From Schmidtea polychroa (lineage: Eukaryota): a stretch of 64,000 nucleotides of DNA. The DNA lies in assembly GCA_044892525.1 (NCBI GenBank), contig CM097888.1:32798001-32862000 (forward strand), read 5' to 3'. Below the pieces are notes generated by a model. It was not told where the DNA came from and did no database searches. It saw nothing but the letters and a program-made list of their open reading frames with translations. The translations under genes and the position numbers were made by a program. Positions 50,720-62,960 of the stretch are shown here, in pieces. Positions within the stretch are counted from its first letter, which is position 1. The number at the start of each line of letters is the position of its first letter.

Positions 50720-51715
50720 ACAATATGCCTTATGGGGTTGTTCATTTTTCTAAAAAGGTTTTCGTAATAAATCATGTATTCAGTTATTTTTTGAAATCAA
50801 GTCCCTATGACACGGATAACATTAGAAAACCGTAGGTACCCCGGATGGATGCGATGCACTTAGGATGGCAAATGAATATTCTAATCGTATATGTAGAATC
50901 TAGATGTGTTTGGAAGCTTTCCGCATGAGATGATCGGATATAGAAAATAGGAATTTCTATATTATTCTTTTATAGACATCTATCAGAATGTAGAAGCATA
51001 TTATGAATGTGAGAAGTTACCAGAAAAATTAAAAATCATGAAAGTAGTAAAACAAGGTTGTTCAATTTTATGACACTTCAGTAATAAATCTAGCAAATCT
51101 TCGGTGGATATTATCAGTTACATCAAAAGAAAATAAAAAATGTTATAAAGCTATATTGAAAGCAAGTACCACTCATAATCCAAGACAAAATATATTGAGG
51201 TTGATGTCGAGGTACCGTATGAAGGAATTGAAACAATTCTCAGGCCTGATTTAATAGTAAAACCAAAAAGAAATTACCCATAATACATCCTTGATCTAAA
51301 ATTACTATGCAATGATAGGGAAAACTTTATGAAAGTCAGAGACAGAAGCTTCCTGGAATACAAGGATTTTGGAAACTACATAGAAAAGATTTATAAATGT
51401 AAAACAAACATATTTGTACTATTTATTTGAATACTAGGCACGTGGGATAAAACAAATTATTCAATAATGAAAAGATAAACCTTAATCAAACTGAAAACAA
51501 ACCTTAGCTACAATAGAGACGAAGGCAGTAGTAATATCTAGCTATCATATGCACTGTGAACATGTTGTTGTACCAAAATGAACTTATACTTACAAGCATA
51601 ATACATAAATATCTTTGTTATATCTAACAATTTGCTGCAAGATTCATAAAGTTGAAAAATTAAGCATCAAGCTCTATGTGCCCGCTAGATAATGGAGTCT
51701 TTGTATTAAAATTAA
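50720..51715 (+). mobile_element. 3' remnant of an R2-superfamily (restriction-like endonuclease) non-LTR retrotransposon
   Basis: Degenerate frame from 51194: ETILRPDLIVK..YILDLK..EYK..ILGTW, matching the PD-(D/E)xK RLE signature. Boundaries approximate. Confidence 0.65.
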
Positions 51716-51749
51716 CTATTTATTTATTTTTGAGTGCTTTATACCCATT

Positions 51750-52272
51750 TTTTCATCGACGCGTGTCATCGAACGCAAGAACCAATTGCAAATTAAGCGT
51801 TTGTGTAATTGGAAATCGATAAATTTAATCTCTCACCGATCTCACGAGTTGTTATTCGTCGGTTTTCACCAATTAATGCCTTTATTGTGTCTTTTTCAGC
51901 TTCAACTGGCCTTCCAGATCTGTGGCGCATTTTCAACATCAAAATTGCAGGTCGAAATTTTGCAAACCAGCTTTGGCACTAGCGTTCTCTCAATACATCT
52001 TCTCCATACATATCAGATTTTTTTTCTTGCTTGAACAGCATTTTTACCTTTACGATAATAATAGTAAAATATGCCGAAAATGCTACTTTTTAATTTCCAT
52101 ATTTGATATTTACACATCAACATTATAGAACCAAACGTAGAATCAAACGAACTATTTCACAAGCAAGCCTTGCTATATCAGCTGCTAAAATATATAAAAT
52201 ATATAAGTGTGTATTTGACTTTGAAAAAAATACAATTAAGTAAAAAACGAAATTACTTTCCGAACAACCTAA
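51750..52272 (-). mobile_element. Mariner transposon 5' remnant
   Basis: Hsmar1-like TIR TTAGGTTGTTCGGAAAGTAATTTCG next to TA. Decayed ORF from ATG 52100: HFRHILL..GKNAVQARKKI..YGEDVLRER*CQSWFAKFR..SGRP. Confidence 0.85.
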
Positions 52273-52948
52273 TACAATATATTATTCATTCAATATAATA
52301 AAAATAATTTAATTTTTAGATAAAATTAGAAAGTCTTTAATTTTTTAAATTTATATATTCAATTCACTCAAAATAATTCAAACTAGTGGTTCTTAAATTA
52401 AAAATTTTCATTTGAAAAAATTATATAATAAATTTATTTAGTAAATTCAATTTGAAGCAACATTCCAAACTCCGTATACCGTTAAAATCAAACATACTTA
52501 TTTTACTCATACAATCTCTGTTGTGCTCATTAATATTGTGAATCCTTTCAGTCAGTAGTTATTAAGAACTCATGTACTTAGATAAAACATTTAAAACACC
52601 CTCAATTTGATGTCCATTATTAATTGATAGATAATTTCCATTTTCATATTTTGAATGATATACCAATTCCATATTCACTATATATATTATAAAAACTTTT
52701 TCCAATTTCACCACTGATTTCTTTTCCATTGTAGTTATTAACCTGACCTTCAAAATAAATTTAAAAATACAGTAAATGTACTTCAAAATTATCATCGCTA
52801 ACACTGTTTGTGCCCATTAATTTCATTATTTTAATTTAATCAAAAAAATATGGAAATTACCAGCAACTTTCTAATTCTTTGATTCATTATTTCAAGTTTT
52901 TAATATATTAATTTTATTATTAATTGATTTATATAGTTTAACTTTTAG

Positions 52949-53110
52949 AACAACATTCAGAATCGAAATCCAAAAGCAGTGAATTCCTAACCAAGCATGA
53001 CCTTCTTGAGATGGTGGCGTTCAAAGAAACTAAACATCATTTACCATTGATATTTTCAAAATTTTCCAATGTTCCGCCTGTTATTAATTTTGTCGGAGAA
53101 GGCGAAAAAA
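52949..53110 (+). CDS. TTLL4: TTLL4 exon (start of the conserved region, LIFSKFSNVPPVINF)
   Basis: ttttAG acceptor, A|GTAAC donor, phase 1-1. Similar to vertebrate TTLL4 LIYSLFPNVPPTIYF. Confidence 0.85.
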
Positions 53111-55167
53111 GTAACATTTAATAATTTACTTGCATTAAATTATAAAAATAAAATTGTAATGCATCGCATCATAATTAAGATTGATCATTATTTGCTCATG
53201 ATTTAGGCGAAAAACTGCCTGAAAATAAACATAAATCAATCATTTTAATAATAATGTCTAAAATAGCTTGTAAATATCAGTTGCAGTTATTTCATATTAT
53301 ACTGAAATTCTATATGAAATTATCTAGCTCTTATTAAATGGTAGTGATCTCATAAAAGTCCACTCATAAAAGCTTGTAGTAACATTATGTTTATGACTTG
53401 ATGTACATTTCAATACTGAAATCGGTGATTAATGGAGAAATCACTCTAAATGATTTTTTGTGCAATGAACACAATTTCAATGCGATTCACACTGTGAGTC
53501 CTTTCAATATTTTTTACCTGGATTTAGGATATAACATTATAATTTATCATTTTCACTATAGATTCATTTTTTATTTTCCCATTTAAATATAAAAGAAATA
53601 AGCATTGGGTTTAGTTGAAAAGAAAAAAATGATATTCTAAATAAAGGAAACAAATAAAAGATAAAACGATAAGATGATCTTAGTATATTTGTATTTATGA
53701 TAAAAATTAAGGGGATATCTTTAAAATGAAATGAACTTAAAGAGTTAATAAAATATTTAAAAAATGTTTTTTTAATATCTTTTATAGTCATTCACTGCAG
53801 AAAGTATTTATACAATTTTATGATCAGGTAGGTTTCCGAATATTTAAAATTAATAACTATTTTGATTTTAAGCCAAAATAAGAGACAAGTTTGGCAAATA
53901 ACACTTGATAAACATCAAATTTCAATACAGTATATGTAAATAACAATTGATATTTAATGAAAAACTTTAGTTATCCTTAATAATTTTATTAATATATTGT
54001 CATCTAATAACAAAAAAGCTTTCTGAGTATTATCGATAATTTGTGAAAATGAAAATGAACATTTTACTGATAGCCGTTGTTTTAATATTAATAAATATTA
54101 TGCTTAAATTATTCAAAGTGTTGCACAATTAAAGAAAGATCATTAATTTCAATTGTTATTAAAAACAATAATTACAACAAAACATTTTTAATTTGTTGGA
54201 TATTTTTTTAATTTCCACCGTACTGAATTATAATCTTTAAATGTCACAAAATTGCAACAAAAATGTTGTAAAGGTTCTCAAAATTTTTTGAATACTACTC
54301 AAAATTGACATTGTTAAAATTTTTTAAACCCTATTTATTATTGGAATTAAATCTCTTAAAAATGAATTCATAAAATGTTTAAATGTGTCATAATTTTTCA
54401 ATGTTTTAAATACACTAAAACTATATTAAAAATATTGCTTTGTTTGTATTACTAGTCTGTAATTAATGAAACACAATTGAAAAATTATTATTTGAAAGTT
54501 ATTCATTTAATTTTGAAGCACGTTCAATTTCATTAATTTTTTTCAATGCACTGTAAAAATCTTTCAATTTTGAAAAATAGTTTCTTTTCTCTGCTTTCGT
54601 ATAGAACTTAGTCGAGGTTTTATTTTAAGTATTTTTCAAAACATTAATTGAACGTTTATCGCCAAGTAATTTACTCGATTTTGTACAGGTATTTTCAAAA
54701 ACATGAATTTTCCTAACACTACTCTCCAATGATTTTCACGGTTAATATAAAAAAAACTGGATTGGAGAAAAAATGAGAGGCATGGACTTTTTAAAAGTCA
54801 TTTCCTTAATGCAGATCTTGCATTTTTCAGCGTTCATAGTAACAGTAATTTTATTATTTGCACGATAAGTAGGTAAAGGCAATCGACGGCTATTAGCCTT
54901 CTTATTTCTGCTGCTATCTTTGCCGATTATTTTTAGCAAATTATTGTGATAATAAAATTGGTTCCGAGAAACTGTCCTGAGTAATATTGTTCAAAATTCT
55001 GAATTTAATACATTCACTGACACATACCATTTTAAACTTTGATTCAGACAGTTCAATTCAATTCGTTTAATTAAGTTACTGTTAAAAAGACTCAAATAGT
55101 CAAAGCTATCTTAAAATGATATATTTTAATCTTAGTAAATTTGTTTAATATCTAAATGAAATTATAG

Positions 55168-55278
55168 TCGAACCTCTGCCATTTCAACTTCGCAAGTTTT
55201 TAAGATGGCGAACAAGTCTTCTAACTCCCGTTATTGTCAAACAGACAATCGGTAGATCAGGATTCAAACCATCAAGAT
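55168..55278 (+). CDS. TTLL4: TTLL4 exon (EPLPFQLRKFLRWRTSLLTPVIVKQTIGRSGFK)
   Basis: Matches TTLL4 LPWEQRKLLRWKMSTVTPNIVKQTIGRSHFK. AG/GT boundaries, phase 1-1. Confidence 0.92.
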
Positions 55279-55326
55279 GTAAAACAATTTGATGATTATT
55301 ATTTAATTACAAATTTATTTTTAAAG

Positions 55327-55359
55327 ACACTGGATCAGGTGACGATTTAGACGAAACGG
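55327..55359 (+). CDS. TTLL4: 33-nt TTLL4 microexon (YTGSGDDLDET)
   Basis: tttttaaAG acceptor and G|GTATGT donor, flanked by 48- and 65-bp introns, phase 1-1. Confidence 0.7.
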
Positions 55360-55424
55360 GTATGTCTAAATGCATTCTTAGATTAATTGATATTATTATT
55401 ATATTTTTATCATCGTACTTATAG

Positions 55425-55501
55425 AAACTAATGACTGGATTCTATATTTTGGAAAGCACATGAAAGGTCCAGTATTTAAAACAATAAGAGATTATCAAAA
55501 A
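55425..55501 (+). CDS. TTLL4: TTLL4 exon (TNDWILYFGKHMKGPVFKTIRDYQK)
   Basis: Matches TTLL4 NDDWLGCWGHHMKSPSFRSIREHQK. AG/GT boundaries. Confidence 0.9.
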
Positions 55502-55651
55502 GTAAAATATTATTCATTATATTTTTTCGAATTTTTTTCTATTTAAATAAATTAATATAAATTTCTAATCCTTTTACGTAAATTTTTAATTGGATAAGCA
55601 TTTATAACTATAAGATAATACAAAAACACATTCATTTCATTATTTCAATTA

Positions 55652-55657
<6 letters not shown>

Positions 55658-55716
<59 letters not shown>
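55658..55716. repeat. (AAT)n microsatellite
   Basis: Pure AAT run. Other microsatellites: (TA)n at ~7325-7373, 8333-8368 and 21428-21475; (ATT)n at ~61835-61888. Confidence 0.95.
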
Positions 55717-56278
55717 TTCTTGGTAGCAGAATTAATTAAATGTGAAACAAGTAAATATAAATGATAATAATGCAAATAAAAATTCATATCCAAATTTTTG
55801 CGTTATAATTATAATTTTAATTATAAGGTATATAAATTTATAATTTACTAATTTTGTTTGTTTTTAAATAAAATAAATAGATTACAGTTAAAAGCACTCT
55901 TGATATTTAAAATAATTTCTATGGTGGACAATTTCTCGTAGTCAAAAGTCGCCTACAAGACTTGTAAGTTTTTTCATCTCAAATAAAAACCTTTTTCTGC
56001 AAAGTATATATTCAATAAAATTAATTAATCAAAAATTTAAGTAAAAACGCCAATTTTGGCCTTTTTTTTCAAAACATTTTCCCTGTGCTTTCAGTAGATG
56101 AACATTTGTATAAATCATTCATTTTTGAGGTTTTTAATTTAAAAATTATAAAAAAGGACGCACACTCACTTGTTTCTATTATACAGACCAGGACATAAAT
56201 GTAGCATTAATATTTATTATTTTTTTATAATAAATTTTTTTATATATATTCTGTTTTTATTTAATTTAATAATTGAAG

Positions 56279-56473
56279 GTAAACCATTTTCCTGGATCAT
56301 TTCAACTTGGTCGCAAAGACAGGTTGTGGCGTAATATTTATCGAATGCAACAAGAAATTGGATCTCATGAATTTGATTTTATTCCTCAAACATTTTGTTT
56401 ACCTACAGATTTGGAGTTATTCAAACAATGCTGGGAGTCTGGAGGCAGTAAACATAAATGGATAATTAAACCA
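56279..56473 (+). CDS. TTLL4: TTLL4 exon, TTL catalytic domain (VNHFPGSFQLGRKDRLWRN...KWIIKP)
   Basis: Diagnostic TTLL4 motif NHFPGSFQxGRKDRLWRN, phase 0-0. Confidence 0.95.
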
Positions 56474-59400
56474 GTATTTTTATAATTTTAATTAATAACT
56501 TTCAACCCAGATATCCCTACAGTCTTTTTTATAGAGGCATATATTCAACGTATTTAGGGTTAATTTCCATACTTTTTAAAAATGACGCTAAAACTTTTTA
56601 TTTGGGTTTTTCAATTTTAGTAGCTAGCTGTGTGGACTCCAGCCCAGGAGAAATCCTCGATTCTCATAGAGTGGAGTATTTATTTTGGGGACTCCTACTT
56701 TTTTAGAACCCTATAAACTTTTTTAATCAATGATTACGTAACATTTATTAATTTTCATTTTAATCAATGATTGTTTAATTTTTAAAATTTTGTTTCAATC
56801 GATGATTATGTCATTAATTTTAATTTTTTATAATAACTTCAAAGACTATTGCTTGAAATTAAATTCTATGGTATAATCAAAATTTTGAAATTTCATTTTT
56901 AGTACACCATCTTTGAATTTATACATTCATATATACTTAAGAAAATCCATTCTACTATTAAAAAATCATATTAAAAGACATTAAAAAACTAAACGCATTT
57001 CTCTCTGGTTTTTATAAATATTTAGTTTTTATAATGTCTTTTAATAGTGGAATGAGTTTTCTGAAGTATAGCTAAATAATTTGTATTTTTTAAATATTGG
57101 AAATTTGGTATATGTAAAAGTTGGGTGAAAAAGCGCTGTTTAAGTTGTTATGACTGCAAATTTGAAATAAGTAATAAATCAACTAATAATAAAATTAATA
57201 CAAAACATTTGAAATAATTGAAGAATTAGAAAATGAATATTCAATGAACAAAATGAATTCTACCATTTGTAAACTTTATAATGTTCATTAAGTGACATAT
57301 AAAATTTATGGACATAAAAAAGGCATTAGAGATGAAAAATATTCTTATTTTAATTTTCTAAAAAATTTCCGATTAGTAGAATTTTTAAAATATTAGTTTA
57401 TTCTACTATACGAGTTTTTTGTGACAATAACGGAATTAAACAATCATTTATCTGGCGTTATTAATTGTTATCTATTACTTATTATTACCATGAAAAATAC
57501 ACCTAAGTGAAATCTTTTGTTCTAATCACTACAAATTAAAGCCAATAGAAATCTCTGATTGTTATCAAAATAATTTTTTGTTTTTATTCAAACAAGTGGT
57601 TGTCATACCAAAACTTTTGACAGTCAGGTGTGTAACTGTTTAATTGTTTTAATAAAACATTGTTCAATTTTGTATAAATAATGAATTTAATTTGTTTTTT
57701 CGAGAATTAAACAATTTTTAACTTATTATTGTTTGTTTTAATTGGAAAATCAATCATTATAATTAGTGTTATGATTATATGTAAATTATTAATTAAAATT
57801 ATTAATAATAATTGAAAAGATTCGATGCGTGTATGTTATTTCATGGATGGACAACGAATGGATAATAATGGTTTGTAATTAGATCATAGTTTTCTGATTA
57901 TTCTAGATTATTCAAGAATTGAAAATGTGTTTAAAGTGTTTTTCGCTGATTTGTCATTATATAAATCATTAATTTAAATTAGAAATAGAAATTGAAAGAA
58001 TCTCTCATCAGAAATTGACAGTTATCATATAGTCATTACCATGTCTAGGTGAGGGTAAATAAAGCACACCCAGATCTTTGATAAAGAGAGCTTTAAATTC
58101 CGTCTACATAATATGAAATAATACGTTCTACGAATATAACTTTGCAAAAATATTAATTATGACGACATTATTAATGAATTTGGTGAAATGAAATCAAAAG
58201 TCATTAATTTTTAAAACTAAATATTCTTCCATAAATAAAATGGTCCATAATATATAAATTTCACAAAGTAAAATGAAAACGAAACTGTCATAAATTTAAT
58301 GAACCAAAGCTATTAATTATATTACATGAGTACAACAACCTCAAAATCATTGTCAATTATTTTTCGGTGAATTACTATTATTTTATCTATGCTGATATCT
58401 AACGGAATCTTCTGCATATAAATCTCTTAAATGGATTCTTCTGTTAACCTTTTAGTCGCGTCTGTAAAATTATTAGCCAATAATCATGGGCTTAAATTGC
58501 CTTTAAATAAAAATTCAAACATTCTTAACCCTCAATTTTAACCCTTAAAAGACACGAAACAACTGTGATATAGGATTAAAAAGTTGATTATGTATAGCGG
58601 CGTTATTTGCGATGAAAGGGCTAATATTGAAAGACTGATTTGCGGACTATTGGCCATAAGGCGAGCGCCTCTTGCTTGAAATATTTATTCTCAACTCCGA
58701 TGCTGCACCAGATATAATTTTGATTGACTGAATTTGCAGCGATGGGCGCCTTTGCCTTTCGTTTTCCAAAAGCAAGAATTATAGGAAGCTGCTTCCATCT
58801 TACCCAAAGCGTTATTCGTAAAGCAAGTGATGTATCTTCGAGTCATAGCATTTTTGAAATATGCTTGAATTAATAGATACTACTTTAATTTTAACTCGTT
58901 AAATTAAATTTTTGTGTAATTTCGTTTTTTCTTAGAAATAGGATCAAGTTTCCTATGACCAATGATCTCTATGGTCAACCGACCTATAATTAAAAATCTT
59001 GTGGTCAACATACAGTCTACAAAAAGACTGTTTTAAATGTTTGACTTTGTATATATTGGTACTGATTAGCAGTTTGGGTTGTCAATTTATTATCTACATG
59101 TACTCTTTATATTCTAAACATTTAATTAAAGCGAACATAATCTGTGAGTTGCATTATATATATTCTGTGATTTATAATAAAGATATTGAATGTATTATTA
59201 AAATAATGAATTTTATTAATCTTCTGTGTTAATAGTTGAATTTTATTTTTCCTAATTCAAATTATTAGTTATATTTTGACATATAATCATTACCTTTTCC
59301 TATGTACAATGTTCAACGAAAAATATCTCTTAATTCAATATATAAAGAAAATTGAAAATAAACTAGGCATATAATCTTAACTCAAAAGGATACAAGGGTA

Positions 59401-59558
59401 CTTGCTTTACTGTGGTATAAATCCAGTGTCATTTGTAGAGATTTTGATGAATAATACATAAATTTTGAAGACCCTGGAGAAATTAAACAAAATTGAATTT
59501 TTGAAAATTGTAATTATCACTTAATGGATATTTATTGTTACACTATATTTTTTACTAG

Positions 59559-59641
59559 CCAGCATCAGCTAGAGGAATCGGAGTGAAGGTTGTATATAAA
59601 TGGAATCAAATACCAAAAAGACGTCCTATTGTTGTTCAAAA
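59559..59641 (+). CDS. TTLL4: TTLL4 exon (PASARGIGVKVVYKWNQIPKRRPIVVQK); no further exon found in the window
   Basis: tttactAG acceptor, AA|GTATTT donor. Matches TTLL4 PASARGIGIQVIHKW..PKRRP. Confidence 0.93.
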
Positions 59642-59944
59642 GTATTTCTTATTTTTTTTTGTATTTTAAAATATTTTCTAAAAAGCATTTGTTCTATTTA
59701 TGAAAATATTAATCCAGTCTAAAAAATTTGTCATCTTACTTATACATTTCACTTTTAAATCTCTTTTCGTGATTTCCAGATTTTCATTAATCTTTTATAA
59801 ATTTCTGATTCAAACTTCGTAAATCCTCTTCTATGCTACTTATAGAAATGTAACAAAATTGGCTTTCCAAAGTCAACTTTATGAGGTTAATCGTCTGTAG
59901 TTTTAGAATTTGTTTATGTATTTCATATAACGAGAGTAGTATGA

Positions 59945-61832
59945 TGTGAGCTCCCCAGGCCATGAGCTCCCCCGGCCACATATACCCCCTCCCCCCCCGG
60001 GAAAAATTTTTTTTTTTAAATAAAAGGTCAAGGTCATTTATTTTTTTTTTAAATTTTTTGTTTTAATTAATTGGCCGGGCGGGCTCACACTTTTTTTCAT
60101 CCCAAAAATTAATGTTCCCACCAACAGATTTTATTGGACGATACCTCATCTTAAAGCTCAGTCCAAGACCTTTCGAATGAGCTATAGGTATCATATATAT
60201 CTTTAATAGTTTTAATGTTATTAACAATTGATGACCACCTTTTCAACGTTAAATTATTATTATTTTCCAAAATATTATTAATTGGCCGGGAGGGCTCACA
60301 CTTTTTTTCGTCCCAAAAATTAATGTTCCCGCCAACGGATTTTCTTGGACGATAGCTCATCTTAAAGCCCAATGCAAGACCTTTCGAATGAGATATTGAA
60401 GGTATCATCATCATTAACATCGGCAAAGTTATTAACGTTTTCCCGAGACCATTTTTCAAGGTCATTTATTATTTTCAAGGTCAAATTTTTAAATAAAAGG
60501 TCAAGGTCATTTATTTTCTCAAGGTCATTTATTATTTCCAAGGTCATTTATTTTTTCAAGGTCATTTAATTTTTCAAGGTCATTTATTTTTTCAAGGTCA
60601 TTTAATTTTAATTATGTGGCCGGGAGGGCTCACACTTTTTTCATCCCAAAAATTAATGTTCCCACCAACAGATTTTATTGGACGATACCTTATTTTAAAG
60701 CTCTGTGCAAGACCTTTCTAATGAGATATAGATTTCTATCATACAATGACTCATCATATTTTTAGAACGATGACTCATCAAGGTCAAGGTCATTTATTAT
60801 TTTCAAGGTCATTTATTATTTTCAAGGTCATTTAATTTTTAATAAAAGGTCAAGGTCATTTATTTTTTCAAGGTCATTTATTATTTTCAAGGTCATTTAA
60901 TTTTTAATAAAAGGTCAAGGTCATTTATTATTTTCAAGGTCATTTATTTTTTCAAGGTCATTTATTTTTTAAATAAAAGGTCAAGGTCAAATTTTTAAAT
61001 AAAAGGTCAAGGTCAAGGTCAAATTTTAAACAAAGACATATGACTCATCAAGGCCATTTAAACAAAGACCATGACTCATCAAGGCCATTTCAAGGTCGCA
61101 TGACTCGTCCAAGGTCATATGACTCATCGTGATGACTCATCAAGGTCATTTATTTTTTCAAGGTCATTTATTATTATTATTATTATCATATATAGTCAGA
61201 GTCTATCCGACAAGATATTCTGTCCCCCTATGGGTACTGCACACAAGGGTACTACTCACACTCAACAAGTCACATGGGTACTGTTCACAAAGCTACTGGT
61301 AAAAATATTCAAGACAAAACTTTAACAACGAAATTCTAAATATTATACTTTAAATATACACTCAAACTAAAATTTATTAACACATTCAAATTCATCATCT
61401 CCACAGTTCATAACATTTTCAAATACAATTTCAAAGTATTATTATTATTATTATTATTATTACGCGCGCAGGGAATATTATTATCATATATACACCTAGT
61501 CTATCCGACAAGATATTCTGTCCCCCTCTATGGGTATTGCTCATATGGGTAATGGTCAAAGGTGTACTACTCACATTCAACATGTCTCAAAGGGTATAAT
61601 ATAATTATTATTAAATTCTGACCAACTTAAATCAATGAAGGGGTAGAACAAAAATATATTAAGTTGCGGTATTTTAAATTTAAAAATATTTTAAAAACTT
61701 ATTTTGACACTAAAGTTTACTTAATTAACAAAGACATAATTATTGCACATGCTTTGCATAAATATTATTATTTTTTAAATTTTCAATATTTTCTTTTAAA
61801 GTATTATTTCAAAGTAACACGCGCGGGTGTTA

Positions 61833-61888
<56 letters not shown>

Positions 61889-62960
61889 GTTAATGAAAAA
61901 TCTAAAATATGGTTTACACACACAACCCCTCAACCATTATTATTATTATCAATATTAGTGAAAACCTAAAATATTTTCTACACACACACACACACACAAC
62001 ACATTAACCATTATTATTATTGCAAATATTAGTCAAAAACATAAAAACACTCATAAACCATTATTATTATTGCAAATATTAGTCAAAAACATAAAAACAC
62101 TCATAAACCATTATTATTATCAATATTAGTAAAAACCTTAAATATTTTTACACACACACAACCCATTAACAATTATTATTATCACTATTAGTGAAAACCT
62201 AAAATATTTTTACACACTAAGTTATGGGGTAGAGAATTATTATATGTTTGCAGTATTCTGTGTTTGCCTTTACAGGAAGTTGTCAATATGGAGCGATAAT
62301 TTTATACATACATTCTATATACACATACCTTGTTTAACATGGGTGTATATACTCCTAGCCTATCCGACAAGATATTCTGTCCCCCTATGGGTATTGCTCA
62401 TATGGGTAATGGTCACAAAGGTACTACTCACACTCAACATGTCGCAAGGGTTTATTAATTAGGGTTAGTAAATAAAACTTATAACACCTACTATTTTTAA
62501 TAATATTTAAACTATAAAAATCAAGACAAGAGAGGACAAGGCAAAGTTTATGCAATTATTATTGCCAGGCCTAATGAGCAGTGACCAAATATCTGTGCCT
62601 GAAAGACACGGTGGATATTTGTTCGCGTCCACAAGGGTCGTCTGTGCCTCCCCAAGTGGGGTCAAAAGAACCTGGGCATTATAGTTTTCCGTACGGAACA
62701 TTACGCCTAACATGGGTAGTCAACTACCAGTACATTCGAAACGTATAATTTCAAAATACATGCGTCATTGGCACTATAACCAAATTAATTAATGTTTTCA
62801 CTAACACAAATATATATTTACAGAGGCCTCCCACTAGTTGGATTACAACCGCCCACCACGACGATCAGCTTGTAAATATATATTAATTAAGGGATAAAGA
62901 GGACCCACCCAACCCTATTATATTTAATTTACAAATTTTTCTCGCTCTTCTGCTGGTAAT
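59945..62960. repeat. Complex repeat of unknown class in a TTLL4 intron: three ~110-bp GC-rich modules, TCAAGGTCA and TGACTCA arrays, three ~90-bp repeats, a 50-70-bp minisatellite and (ATT)n
   Basis: Modules start at 60072, 60283 and 60617. CTATCCGACAAGATATTCTGTCCCC at 61203, 61501 and 62360. Exact 50-bp tandem at 62006-62105. Outer boundaries approximate. Confidence 0.8.

Noticed and set aside
8615-58011. Other CTGATGA motifs as hammerheads (8615 +; 15436, 30975, 37077, 58005 -)
   Set aside because: No stem II followed by GAAA and an NUH site; two lie within transposon coding sequence.
59945-62460. CRISPR-like repeat-spacer array
   Set aside because: Eukaryotic context, no cas genes, repeats of 50-110 bp, and spacers that are themselves repetitive and very unequal in length.
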